From Blasia pusilla (Eukaryota): 64,000 bases of DNA. The stretch is from positions 18,972,001 to 19,036,000 of the forward strand of contig CM114271.1 in NCBI GenBank assembly GCA_050084515.1, in the 5' to 3' direction. The notes beneath the pieces were generated by a model that saw only the letters and a program-made list of their open reading frames with translations, was not told where the DNA came from and made no database searches. Shown here piece by piece: positions 24,959-41,790 of this stretch. How positions within the stretch are numbered: position 1 is the first letter of the stretch; the number at the start of each line of letters is the position of its first letter. Made by a program: the position numbers and the translations under genes.

Positions 24959-26573
24959 AATAATATATCCACTTTATTATAAAATAATCTTCACAAGAGG
25001 ACCAAGAAAGGGAATAACAAAAAAGGGCATATTTTGACCAAGATGAGTCAAAATATGCATGCAAGAATGCAAAAAGAAAATGGCAACAAGCCAACGCAAA
25101 CATCGGCTCAACGAGTTACACGATTGATAGCCTGAAACAAATCTGACAAGAACACGAGTGGATGGTCAGACGTGAATGGACGACGGGACGAGCGACCCCC
25201 CACCACCTCTGCACGAGGTATCAATGCCAAGGCTTGTGCACGTTGTAAGGCCACTGAGATGCATTGCCAAAAATAAGTAGTAACTACCGAGAGAGAAGGA
25301 CTACGAGAAGGGGCAAGGTGATGATTCTCGAGGGAGTGGTGAGCACATGTTTTCAGGAAAGTATCAAAAGACACATGTAAATGACATAATACTTCCACTG
25401 CAAAAGGAATAAATCCATCAGTCGCATGTCTCACAGCATAACTTAACTCCTTGATTCTTGCTGCAGCTTTGGCCGCCAAACCTTTGGTATGTGCGGCTCG
25501 ACACACCAAGTCAGAACGTGTTGGATCAGCAACCACCACATCACCTAGTATCTGAAATCCACCTCGAGACATAACAAGACCCACTCTCCGACGAGAGGTT
25601 GCTTGTGTGGTTGAAGGTAGGACGTGGAGTTGCTCTTGCCCAACGGTGTATCTTGCAGTACGAGCCACCGATGCTACCGCCTCTCTAATGATATTATGTG
25701 TGGTCATTCGTTCTCCACCATGTGCACATCGGAGAATATGGATACCCTTGGCATCAATGGGATCCCCGCATACACAATTCGGCACACCTAAGAGAGAAGG
25801 ATGGGGAAGTCCAAGACGTAACCGCAAAGCTATCGAGAATATACTTCGAGGAAGACGAAATGGAAGAATAAGAGGATTTGGAGTAAGCCACGCCCCCGCT
25901 CCGGTACCCGCACATGAACGTAGACGAGCTTGATTAGAATCAGAGGATGCCTTGGAGAGAATGCTGTAAAAGTTGATTTGATGCAGATTCTTTGAGATAT
26001 GCTCTTGAAGTCGATCAAGCCCTTTCGTAATCAGTTGACTGAAAGGGGGTAGAATTGCTTGTGGAGCAAGAGGAAGAAGAGCTCGTGCAGATCTCAGTTG
26101 TTGTTGAAATAACAAGTCGCCCTCCTCTACATGGGCGATATGATCCATCAAGATAGGTGTATCTCCTTGGAGAAACCTTGAAGCCATAATCGGTGCTACC
26201 AACGCCCAACTCCCCAAAAAGGCTGCGGGAGCACATGCGTTTGTGGAGGAAAATCCCACCCCTCCAAAAGAAATAGGCAAGATAGCTTGTCGCAAAGCAA
26301 AGACGCCGTCCTCTCCCTCAAAGGTATTCGGGCCAAGAAGTTGACCAAAAGTTGCCAAGATAGAAGCATCAAAAAAGGCCAACCAATGTAAGAACCTTGA
26401 AGTGGGAGGACGAGTGCGAAGAAGGTAGGACAGAAGTCGTAGAAAACATTGGGAGAGAATCCCATAAGCCACTTGGGGATCCCCTAGAAGAGGTACAAAT
26501 AAAGCCATTCCACGTCTTTCAAAAGGGCCTCATCCAAAAACTTTGGGACATAGTTGATGAAGCCAATTGGGAC
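24959..26573 (-). mobile_element. 5'-truncated CRE-like non-LTR retrotransposon (RT C-terminus, thumb, CCHC, RLE endonuclease)
   Basis: The 466-aa ORF 25108-26508 has LPISFGGVG, AAFLGS, GAGAWL, LRLRLGLP..CVCG...HILRC..GGERMTTHNIIR and GDVVVADP...K..Y...FIPFAVE. Upstream VPIG marks the RT end. T-rich 3' UTR with AATAAA. Possible TSD CTTATTT (24952-24958 and 26573-26579). Confidence 0.85.
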
Positions 26574-27473
26574 TTATTTTGTTCCCTTCCTCTCATAATG
26601 TTTTCTTTCTTTTCATTGGCTTCCATTTACCCTTAAGTTATACACATCCCCTTCTGCCCAATAGAATAAGAAATAGGGCGTCCCATTTGGAGGAAGCAAA
26701 GCTTTGGATGTCCTTCAACAATTTGAGCATAAACTAGGGACGACTTTTATTTATGTCGGAGTGGCTTCAATTTTGAAGGATTTCGTAATTTTGAAGGTGC
26801 GTGACTTAAATACTCGCATATTCCTATGGGACGTCCGGTCATAGGAGGTGAGCGTCCACCTCCGACGGCAACCCGAGCACGGCATTTGACCGTATAAAAA
26901 ATTACAGCTTTGGACGCCATATCCTACGGAGCGTTTCTGTAACTTTCTGAGATGCCCTAATATTCGGTTTGAGTTTTGTATTGCATCCACCCCACATTTG
27001 TATCTTCATTGGATTCGATATTTTTTCCCACAATATTCCTCCAAATATCGTTTATTCTTAGCTCTACACGGTCATTCAAATCTAATTACCACAAATTTAA
27101 TGTGATGTATAGTTTCCTTGCTAGATGCATCATTTTGTGTACTTACACTACGAAGAAAATTCATTTTTCTTGCCCTCTCACAAGATTTCTATGTTTAGGT
27201 AAAAGGAACAAGGAAAAATTGGATATGGGTTATTTATTTGTGAGCTAAAATACCAGAATTCTAAACTCATAACTTAATTTCTATTATTTTCAGTATCCTT
27301 ATACTTTCCCAAGTTCAAGTCTACGATTCTTTCACGGAGAACCAAAATTCTTTAAATCACTACCTATGGATACCCAAGTTGTTTCTTAGGGAGAGAACTT
27401 CGACATTTTTCTAGAAAAGAAAAGAAAAGAAATTTAAACAAGGTACCTAAATTCATTAGTAATTAAATATAAA

Positions 27474-27912
27474 TCTACACTATTAATAAGAAAACGGGCA
27501 CACACATAGATTCAAGAGAAATTGTATTACCCATTACCATGGCTCATTTATATGCAAAGCTTATGCATTAAGAACATGGGCAAAATTAGCTTTCAACTAC
27601 CTCTTACCCATCCTCATGTATATTCCATGGAATTGAAGTACATTCCATGTTGTGGTGAGGAGGGGCCCCATGTGAAGGAATTTCAAGAAAATGTGGTCCT
27701 TTAGAATGAGAAGTGCAAAATTTTGACACATATCATCTTTTGAAGCTACATGGCTTCATCATTAAACTCTCCTTTCCAAAACTTTTGAGTTAGGGACATT
27801 TAATAGAGTCTTCCAAAATCAAAATTTAAATATTTATATCATTAATATTTTAATATAATTTATTTTCTAAATTCTCTTTTACCCTTATGCGTCACATGAG
27901 CATTCCTACTAA
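27474..27912 (+). mobile_element. Degenerate non-autonomous Helitron
   Basis: A|TCTACACTATTAATAAG start; decayed 3' hairpin (cccttatgcgtcacatgag) followed by CTAA|T at 27909-27913. Confidence 0.6.
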
Positions 27913-29759
27913 TATGTACCATTCGAAGAATTCCAAAATGATTGCACTCCAATATGAATAAAGAAATAAATTGGAAGGACCCCTCTAGTAGTAACTCTCA
28001 TTTACAACCTAATTAACCTTTATTATACTATGGCAAGTTGTAACTAAACTAGTAAGCCTCCTAGTATTAAAATTCCCCAACATTTCAACCCTTTAAGCTT
28101 TTGCATGTGCATAAGTGGATATAAAAGTTCAATAAAGCCTGAACAAAGTCAAGACTTGAGTATGACACTTGTAAAATCTTTGCTATCACCTATAAATCTT
28201 TATTTAATATCCACCTTAGAAAATTAAAAAATTGGAAAAAATACACATCCACTTAAAAGATATTCCTATGCACCAAAATTTGGAGGATACTTAGTTCCAC
28301 ATCTTTGATTTGTCCCATTGCAAGACATAAACACTTTCATAAAGCAAGATGAATGTAGGAGAGAAGTTTTGACTTAATTTCCCTCTTGTCATAGGAGAAC
28401 AAAATCGCTCCATGAAACGCCAAACTACCTTGTTAGACTCCTTCTTCGGAAAAATCTTCATGATACCCCAAATTGACTATCCTCAGTTGAAAAAAATTCG
28501 GAAGATCGGCATGATAAGAGAGACATTCCCATATGAGCACACATGAACATGGAACCCAATATGAAAATGTGTCACAAACACAAAGCATTGTGAATAAGAA
28601 TGAAGTAAGAGAGCAAGGATATGAACACAAGAATATGACCCCAACATCAATATGGAAGAATAATGGTGCATAGGAACATTATGCGATTATCTAGCAGCAA
28701 AAAGTAACCGAATTGGAGGCAAATGCGTTTCCCACTATACGAAAAGTGGGAATGGAGAGGATTAACATTTGGGGGCAATTCAGATTCGCATTTGGGAAAG
28801 GGGGGCAATTTCATCCTACTCTCAAGTTGGAGAAGCCAAATTCCCACGTGTCCAAAAATGAGAATAAATAATTAAAAATACAAAAAGTCATAAACCAGTA
28901 GGATAAATCTCACAAGTTAATGAGACAAATGATATTCCTCAAAAAATCAAGTATATAATTAGATATTCTCCCTCCCTACCTATACTCCATGGCCATATGT
29001 CACTCAAGAAACATGAAAAGCACTTATAAAGAAATAAATAATAAATAAATAAATACAATTGCACAGTATGAGGAGACATTAATGCCTCTCATCCACGTGG
29101 TAACTGTGGACGGAATGTTTCCAGTGAACTAGATACTGTGAAACCGCCAATGACCTACCGTAACTTTCCAGCGCCGACACCTCACCGGCCCTGGGTTTTG
29201 GTCGGTAAACCGGAAACTTTCCCAGAAATTCTCCGGTCGCGAAAAGCGTCAGCGTCTCTAGTGTTTATCTCATAGATCTGAATACGATCCGGAGGATAAA
29301 GCAAAGTTCAGATCTGACTTTTTACCGTACAAGAAAGCGACTTCGGCGGATTCGGCCAACGATATGCAACGAACAATCAAGAATTAAAATATTAGAGTAT
29401 TAAAATACAATTATGAAGAATTGTATTTCGGCTTAGGCACGAATTAGTTCAAATAAGTGAAAGTAACTATAAAAATAACTAATATGAGAGGAAAAATATT
29501 AATACTGAGTAGAAAAAAACCATCACAAAAAAAAATTCGTAATAATATTAAAAAAATTAATACCAAAGAAAAATAAGGAGGGTTAACTTACAAATATTAA
29601 CACAGAGTGGAATAAATTCAAACATCCTTATTAAAATGGTTGACATCTTCATTCACCTTTAGAGAAAATTGAGTCCTAGGGTCCTATATAAACATCATAA
29701 AAAAGATAGATTGTCTACTAAAATTTGTAGAATCAATAATTTTAATTTTTCAACTAGGA

Positions 29760-32700
29760 AAAAAACTTTATAAGAGGATAAGGAAAGACAATGGTATCCC
29801 CAAAGGGAAAGAAAGAAAAAATGCAAAAAGAAAATGGTAACTCATAAAATAACTCAAATTAAATGATTAATAGTTTGAAGCAAGTCCGACACAAACGTTT
29901 TTTATTAGTCATACATGAATGGACAACAAGATTAATGGCCACTAACTAGTTCAGCTCAACGTATCAACACTAATGTTTATACATGTTGTAATGTCGTTGA
30001 GATGCATTGTCAACAAAAAGTTGTAATAACGGATAGAGAAGAACTATAAGAAGGGATGAATTGATGATTCTTAAGGAAATCGTGTGCACAATTTTTAGGA
30101 ACAAAAGACACCCGTAGGTGCCCAAAAATTTTAACTACAAAAATAATAAATCCATCAATTTCATATCTCATAACTTTATTTATCTCATTGATTTCTTTTT
30201 TTGCATTGACCATAGAACCTTTAGTATGTATCACTCGTAACACCAAATTAGAAGACGTTGGATCAACGACCACAACATCAACTAATAAATGGAAGTTACC
30301 ACTAGACATAACCATGTCAATTTTTGACTAGAGATTGCTTGTGTAATAAGAGGTAGGGCATGTAGTTGCTCTTGCCAAATAGTTTATCTTGCAGTATGAA
30401 CCATTGATCCTATAGCCTCTTTGATCACATCATAGATCGTCGTCCATTCTATACCACGTGTACATTGGAGAATGTGGATATTCATTGCATCAATGGACAT
30501 GCAAAGTTCATAAGTCCACATACCTAGAGGTTTGGAGAATATACTATGTGGAAGATGAGATTCAAGAATTTTAGGATTTACATTAAGGGAAGCCCTCACT
30601 AAAATACCTACAAATGAATGCATACAATCTTGATGAGTTTGAAAGGTTGCCTAAGAGAATGCTTAAAAAGTTGATTTTGTGTAAATTCTCAAAGAAAAAC
30701 TCTTGAATTAAACCAAGCCTTTCAATAATCAATTCATTGAAAAAGGATAGAATTGCTTGTTTATCAAGTGGAATAAGAGCCCATGAAGATCTTAATTGTT
30801 GTTGGAAAGGTAGACCCCCCTCCTCAACATATGCCACATGGTCCATCAAGATAGATGTATCTTAATATTTCTTGTTGTGTGGCCAAGACATCAATATCTA
30901 CATATTAGGACCAAGAAGTTGGCCGAATGTTGAATTTTCATGATACAAGTGTTATAAGAGGCCACTCTATGTAAGATTTCAAAGGTATGAAGACAAGTGA
31001 GAAGAAGGTAGGAAGTATGTTGAAGAAAATATTGGACAAGAATCCCATAAGAAACTTAGGGATCCCTCAGACAAAGTAAAATATTAAGCCATTCTTTATC
31101 TTTCAAAAGGACCCTTTTGAAGAACTTGGACGCGTAGTATATGAAGACAATTGGGACATAAGAAATCAAAACCCTTCAATAAATATGGTAAAATCACTAG
31201 TAGGTGGGATAAATGTTGAGGGAAGTTATGAAGGAGATTATCTATGAAATTTACTAGGTTTAACTTCAAGGTTTAAGACAAAGAGTTGTTGTATAAGATA
31301 TATCGGTATAAGAAAGAACCACTTGAGAATGAGTGATTATAATGCGTGTGTTATTAGGAACAGAAGGGAACAAAGCAAATGTAAATTCTTGGGCTAATGC
31401 TCAAAGGACACAATAATGTATACAAATAAAAAGTGGATCATTTAAGGGATAGCCTTAGAGAATACTTATTCTTTGGAAGTAGCATAGTGAGAATAGCTAA
31501 TTTTTGTATCTTTGGTATAGAAGGAGCGGACAAATGGAATGAGATTTTATAGTTTTTCTCCTACAAAGTGTAACTCTTCACATATAGTTGCACAAGAAAC
31601 TAAATTAAATGTGTTAGCCACATTGAATTAAATCATAATCTAATTTGAATTAATATCAAGAGTGGAGTGTATTCGATGAACCACTTCCTCACAACCACCA
31701 TAGATGTGAGCATAGATGGCCAATGAAATTTACGAGGAAATAAGTTGGTATTTAAGTGAGAATAAAATTGCAAGTAAAGGAATCAACTATCAAAGTAGTA
31801 TAATATGTAGCTCTGCAGTAGACAAAGGGCGAACACCATAAGGAGGGTTGTCAATAGACAATAAGGGAAGATCCCCTAAGAGCCTAGAGATAGAGTACGG
31901 CAGACAACATGTCCCAATATGTGCACACATCTCATGTAGAAATTTGAAGCCACTTGTTGAATCTACTAGGATAAAGCAATAGTGGAGATGCTAAAAGTTT
32001 GTCGTGCACCTACCACCTTTAATTCCCATCTTGATGTTGTGGAAGCTTGTATTCAACAAGTCATGCTCTCGTTGTTAATCTACGTCAAACACACTTATAT
32101 TAGCCATGTTTTGGATCAATCAGCCTTGTGTCTTTCGAGATAGGATCTTGGATCACTCCTAAAGATCAATAGTCCTAAACAAGATCAGATACCAATTCTT
32201 AACCCCCCACTCTCCAATACAAGAAAGTCATTCAAGACTTGGGATACTTTACCGATTATGTAGGTACTTGAAATGATGATAGCAAGCCTGATAGTCGAAC
32301 TCCTAATGAACCTAGAATAAGTCTCTAATCAAGACTCAGAATATGTGTCCCATATCAAGATTCAAGGTTAGGATGCAAAACTAGTTTGATTGGACCAAGC
32401 TTTAAATCATAATCCAAACGCTAACCTCGATCATAGTTCATCACATGCTCTTGGTGGGAAAACTTCAAAAAGAGCAATTACTTTAAGTAAAGACCTTGAT
32501 ATTAGTGTATCCCACTCTACGTGCTTATCATGGGAGGGATTCAATACAATAACGTCTTCAACATAGCCTACTTTGGGAATTTTCTTCATAGTCTTTGCTT
32601 ATGAGCAAACACTCTATTATGCATGGTTTTTTTTGGAACCTCATAACTAGACACGCGCCAACACAATAATAGGATGGAAACGCGTTAAAATCTCACAAGT

Positions 32701-33450
32701 GAGGCCAGAGTTACAAAAGTGAGACATGAGCCTTAATGGAAAATGTGAATGATAATGGGTATAACTTGGAAGAGCATGACAAAATCTAGGAAGGAGCTTG
32801 AGAGAAGCTCAAGCTCGACTTTCAAGGAGGCTTAAACCTAGCTTGGAATATAATTGAGCATTTGTTGGTTCTCCATGTTTGAGGTTGCATCTATTTCACC
32901 TAAGATGATTTTATAATGAATAAGGTGGTGTTGAAAAATATTTGCATGTGTTGGTTCCAACATACCAAATAAATAGAAAAATGCACAACCAAAAGTCTAG
33001 AAAGAAATCAGAAATTATTAGAATGCTAGTTTGGGTTGAGGGCCACAAGGAGCGACCTGATATGATACTTTGGAAGAAGGATTAGCCAAATATTTCTAAA
33101 ACTAGGTTTGAAGGGTAGGATCTCTAAGGGAATTTGGAATCTAAACCTTGCGTTGAGAATCATGGGAATTGAAGGGTAGAAAATATGAGAGTTGGAAGCA
33201 AGGGTTTAGAGGAGATATGTAAGGATGGCAAAGTATTAGGAATCGGTAGTAATGGATTGAGATTATAATGAGTGGAAAGAGATGGATAGAGGATAAGGGA
33301 GGATAGAGAAGAAATATAGAGATTGTAGTGGGTGTATGAGCATCAAGAGGAAAATGGCGAGATCTACGATGAAGAGTAGAATTGAGGGAAGAGGTTATGG
33401 ATAAAGGAGGGTGTGTAGAACTAGATAAGTAAGGATATGGGTTGTGCCGA
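29760..33450 (-). mobile_element. Long, heavily decayed copy of the same CRE-like non-LTR retrotransposon
   Basis: ORF remnants 30010-30849 align with the 466-aa ORF (DHVAYVEEGGLPFQQQLRS; LVDVVVVDPT). Upstream RT motifs GVRPLSTAE (~31810-31837) and FNVANTFN (~31606-31630). The 5' limit is approximate. Confidence 0.75.
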
Positions 33451-35058
33451 TCACAGCAAATAAAATAAACAATTAAAGGGTATGTAGGAGAAAAAAGGGG
33501 AACCTCCTACAAATAATTTTTGTGGATTTATTTAGTTTTTGAATATTAAATTTTTTTAATTTATAACATATGGAGACATACTTTTACACCACTTTCCAAA
33601 ATTATATCTTATGGAAAATTCATTGAAATATTCTCCAATTTGATGGAACCATCTTCTTAGGAATTGAAATACATATTTTTTGTCATCTCATATGTATTAA
33701 TTTTATACATACGTATTGTGAAAAATTCATCAATTTTTTTGCAAATTCATTGATTCAATACTTGGAAGATGTCTCATCAAAATTGGCATGCCCCCACTTG
33801 GCAATCCAAATATATTTGATCCCTCAAAATTTTCCTTCGAGAAATCTTAATATTGGAATTTAAATTAATTCCAATTATATTGGAATTAATTTAAATTATA
33901 ATTAAATAATAGTATATTTACTCCCAATTTTGGAATTTTATAGACCATTACATAGTGGTATGCAAAACATAAAAGAAGATGAATTCACTAAACTCAGCTA
34001 CTCCCATAAGATTTAAGTGATGAGATAAAACCCATTATTTATCAAGAGACTATTACGGTGGGGTTCAAAGCTTGTAAGAAGTCATTTTTTTAAGTGAAGG
34101 TTACAACCAATTTTTGTATAATTCAATGAGATACCATGAGCATTATTGAGATTCTCTAAAGCCGTAGGAAAGAGGATTTCACAAATTTTTATTCTTCAAT
34201 ACGTGTTTTGAATTAACATGTACCAATAGTAAGGCTAACTAGCCAGGATGCCCATGCGATGCACTAGGATCCCAACTATTATACTTGAAGTGGAGATCTT
34301 TCACACCAGGAAGTGGGGATTTTTTACTAATCAAACATTTAAGCTTTTGTGGCCTAGAAGCTCTTGGTCTACTTAGTTTATAGGTAAGTGAGATTCAAAG
34401 TATCACGACTCGCTCTATCTTGATTGATACATATTTGAATCCCACAAAGCGTGCTAAACAAGACCAAACTTGACTTTGGCACTCTTACTTCCACCGGCTC
34501 CTAATCTCCTCACCACAAACATTACCACCTACTACTTTTCAACCCCCAAACACGCCGAGTTCCCCCTTTAAATCTTGCTGTTCTAGGCCGCACATTGGTT
34601 TTCTATCCGTTTATGAGATTCAATTATTCCGTAAAAGAGTTGAATGGTAGCATGATTTTCTAAAAATGCGATTTCCACGAAATATAAAATTTATCATATT
34701 TTAAGTAAGAAGTTAAATTTACATATCGGGAAAGTCTTAAATATTGTCCATCTTTATTCGAACCTAAAGAAAACTTGTTTCCGAATTGAAACGGCTCCAA
34801 CCTGAAAGCAAAAGCGAACGTAAACCCTTGACTGATATCCAAACCGCTAAAAACTACCTCTTTATGAGCGGGACCTTTTCAGGTGACGCGATTGAGAGGA
34901 ACGGAGCAAACGAATAACAAAACGATCGCGCCACATTTAGCGAGCGGACTAGCTTAAGTTAACAGAATATAAAACTTCAATAGAAAAGAGGATGGGAAAC
35001 CCATCAGGATACAAACGAGGGGGGCACTATTAAGTTAACAGAACGTCGGCGGTCGCGG

Positions 35059-35251
35059 GACACGTTAGTCGTGACAGTAGGCGTAACAGAATGCTATTTT
35101 CCTTAACCAATCCCGTTACACGACCCTTCGGGGGGAGCATTCGTTCATTCATTCACGTACTCACTAACTGCGCCGATGTCCGTGACACCGTGTGCTGCTG
35201 AAACTCTCCCACGCGTCCTGTCTCAGGGAAGTGTCCCGCTGCGACGCGTGG
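35059..35251 (+). promoter_or_regulatory. Putative ABA-responsive elements upstream of the HVA22-like gene
   Basis: GACACGT (= ACGTGTC, ABRE) at 35059-35065, plus two CE3-like ACGCGTGG motifs in inverted orientation (35209-35216 and 35244-35251), in a CpG-rich region. Confidence 0.45.
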
Positions 35252-35763
35252 TGCACTGCAATAATGACAGCAGGCGCCGGCCCGGTGGCTTTATACCATC
35301 AGTCAACGAAAGGATCCGTAGGGAGCTCGAACCCTGCCAAGTGGAGCAGGTGACTGTGGGGTATTAGGTTCTGCGGTGGAGACAGAATAAGGCACCGGTT
35401 GTGGGGCAGGGATCCATGTTCTCCTCCTTGAGCTCTGCGTCTTAGCCATCTTCGAGAGCTCTGTGCGGTAGAAAGTGCGGGAATTTGCGCCAGTGAGTGA
35501 GTGAGCGAAGGCGAGAACCAGAGAGAGAGAGAGAGAGAGAGCGGGCGAGGAGAAGGTGTGGAGTGGAGTGGAGTGGAGTGGTGGGAGGGGAGGCCTGGTA
35601 CGACGATCGCGCATCTAATCGCGGGCGGTGGAAGGCCAGGGTTTGCGCCTGTGGACGGAGAGGCGGCTGGTTGGTCGGTGGGGCTTGGAAGTAGTCGGAG
35701 GAGCAGGGAACGTTTTTATCGCCTCTTTGAATTGAAACGAGGGACGGGCGGAAGGAATCGGAG

Positions 35764-38895
<3,132 letters not shown>

Positions 38896-39858
38896 AGCGA
38901 GATTCCGAACTCATTTTGTAGCTTGAAGAAGTGGGTAGCCAGAGTATTTTGTAATGTTGCACCAGTCCAGCTTGTTTCGAATTGCTGACATCTCTGAGGA
39001 ACTGGCTGTAATGACGTTTGTATATACATCTATCTCCCTGCTGCTTTCTTTCTCACCCTTTCCCTCTTTTCTCTCACCGGAATGATTAATTCTCTCGCCA
39101 CTTTGTATCCATGCTAAGCAACCTGATTGTGTGTTGAAACAGTTGACCAGGTACAAGTCAGGCAGAATTAAAATCCTTCTGGTTAGCAAGGTGAAGGTAG
39201 TGAAACATAATTCGGGTAAAGCTGGCCATCAATTAGTTGTGAAGATGTTGTGGAGGCGTGCAGTGGAGGCGAGGCAGACCACCGGATTGTATAGAAGAGC
39301 TTAGAATCGGCTTCCACACATCGCCACTATCTCGTGTCATGCGAATGTTCCGGAACGAGTAGTGTAACTTCGTGTGATACGCAGCTTTTGGAGAGGGATT
39401 GGACCAGCGGGTTTCTCCTTAGTATGGACCCTTCCACACGTCATTTTCCTGTACGGATTGCAATATAAACAGACGTCTGTTTTGGGTGCGAATTTGATGG
39501 TCGTGATTTGGATGCACCCTATTGTCAGGGCGAGGAGTTAGGGTGAGTGTTCTTGGGAAAGAATCATGCATATCCAGACTTTTCTCCCGAAAGTGGAGCT
39601 TGCGCTATTCCATCAAAATGCATCACATGTCCTTTCTCTCTGATCCGTTTCCATTGTCACGTGAAGGCCGCCCTGAAACTCGGGCTCACTTGCATTGCGT
39701 TGCTAGCTGGAGTGGTAATGGATTGTTTCTCGTTCACTATAGAACCACCATCATTACAGATCGAATTCTTTTGTACGCTCGTAGACCTGCGAACCTGCGG
39801 AATCATGTGCGGCCTCGAAATCATGTTTGGTAATGGAGCAAGTCTACAGTGGGAAAAT

Positions 39859-41095
39859 TTGTCTACCAATATCTTCTTGGAATATAATGAATGATTCCGC
39901 AACCTGCAAGATAGTGAGAGAACGATTCAGTAGTTCCACGAAAACTGTAAGAATAAACTATCGTGACGGAAGGAAGTTTTCTCAAATATGTCGACAAGTA
40001 ACCCACACTTCTTCTTGTGAGCATGAATCACAAGAAGGGACACATGTACTCATGGGATTGTACTACGATGGGGAGACACCTTTCCTGGAACTGGAGGCTG
40101 GAGCTTTCTTAGCTAACTGGCTCCCTACAACCGCAGACCGCGGAAAGAAGATTTCGTACCCACACTTGCTTTAGTACCGGTGGATCTTTAAACCGTGTTC
40201 TAACGTCAGTTTGTTACACTCCAAAACCGGCTCTATTGACAAATCTAGCCTGGCCATCTTCCAACCAGATCTTTCAAGCTGAACACCTGCAGCACTTTGT
40301 CCAAACAGTGGCTCTACGAATGAGTCGGGTAACTCTCACAAGTACAAGTTCTCAATCATCCCTCACGACTCCAAGTGCAGAACCATACCCTACCAGTGCA
40401 AGTGCACAATCATCCAGATTTTTTACGATTGAAAGAGTACAATCATGATGTATCCTAACTTAATCTCAAAGAACTTGCAAACCTCTTCCGTGCGAGAAAG
40501 CGCCGGAACGTGCAGTGAACATCATCGACACTTGACGTATGACTGCTCAAACTTATCTACCAATATCTTCTTTGAACGAAAATCCATCATTCTGCAACCT
40601 TCAAGATAGTGAAAGAACGATTCAGAAATTTCACAAAAATGGAATAAAGAAACTGTCGTGACGTGAAAGGAACTTTCGCAAATAGGTGGACAAGTTACTT
40701 AGACTCTTCAGCATGAAACACAAGAAGTGTAAACGCTCCATATCTGATGTAATATCACGGGGAGAAACGTATCCTGGAACTCGAGGCTGGAGCTTCCTTA
40801 GATAATTGACGCTCTACAACTGTTGAAAGAAGGTTTTCCACCAGATGTTTCATGTTGAACACTTCTATCACTACGTTCAAACAGTAGGCTCTACCAACAA
40901 GTCGATGAACTCTCACAACTGGAAGTGCACAATCACCCCTTACAATCAAAGTGTACAATCATCCAGATCTTTCACAATTGAAAGGGCACAATCATGATGT
41001 ATCCAAACCTGATCTCTTTGAAACAGCAAATCTCTCTCATGAGAAAGAACCGGAACGTGCGGTGATCAACAGCGACACTTAACGCATGACTTCTC
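39859..41095. repeat. Old tandem duplication (~690 bp plus ~540 bp)
   Basis: Colinear shared blocks tctaccaatatcttc, caagatagtga.agaacgattcag, cctggaact.gaggctggagct, acaatcatccagat, acaatcatgatgtatcc and ccggaacgtgc in 39859-40545 and 40553-41095. Confidence 0.85.
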
Positions 41096-41790
41096 GAGTC
41101 GGTAGGTTACGCAACATAATAACGCCTAAAGGCAGGCTAATACTCCGATTATCAAACAATCACCACGACATGCTTCGAAGCTGACGAATACTCCAGTTTG
41201 TAAAGTTCCATAAAGGACAACTCACTCACTTTGTCATGATGAGTCAAGATGTGCGCTACAGCATCATATACTTTTACGATAAAAGGTTACCTTTAGTGTA
41301 TAAAACCCAGAGCTACTTTCGCTGGGGATGAAGAGTTCACCTACTTCTTGTTGGAGCCAGTGTACCGGTTTGCGTACCATCAGGTCCATGGGCAAACCTG
41401 ATTCCATGATACCGTGCGTGCGACTTCAAGATAACAGCTCTCCTCGACTTTGATGGGCTAAATTGATTCCATGATACCGTGTGTGCTCTTCCAATAGAGT
41501 TCACCAACCAACTCTACTGAGGTAGAGCTTGAAGAAGTAAGACCGACTTCAAGATACAGCTCTCGTCTTCGTTGGAGAGGGCATTAATGCTTTGGGTGTC
41601 ATGAGGACAATTGTTAACTCTTTCGCATGCCTGACCTCTAAATGAGAAGAATGGCCGATCTCTTCTGATTGAAAGATCCAGATGGGTTATCTTTGGTAGA
41701 TGAGAAGCATTGGTGGTAGAGTCCCTTCTCTTCTCATGGGCTCTAGTCAAGTCTCAAGATTAGTAGCTTCCAACTTTTGAGGCCTCATGG

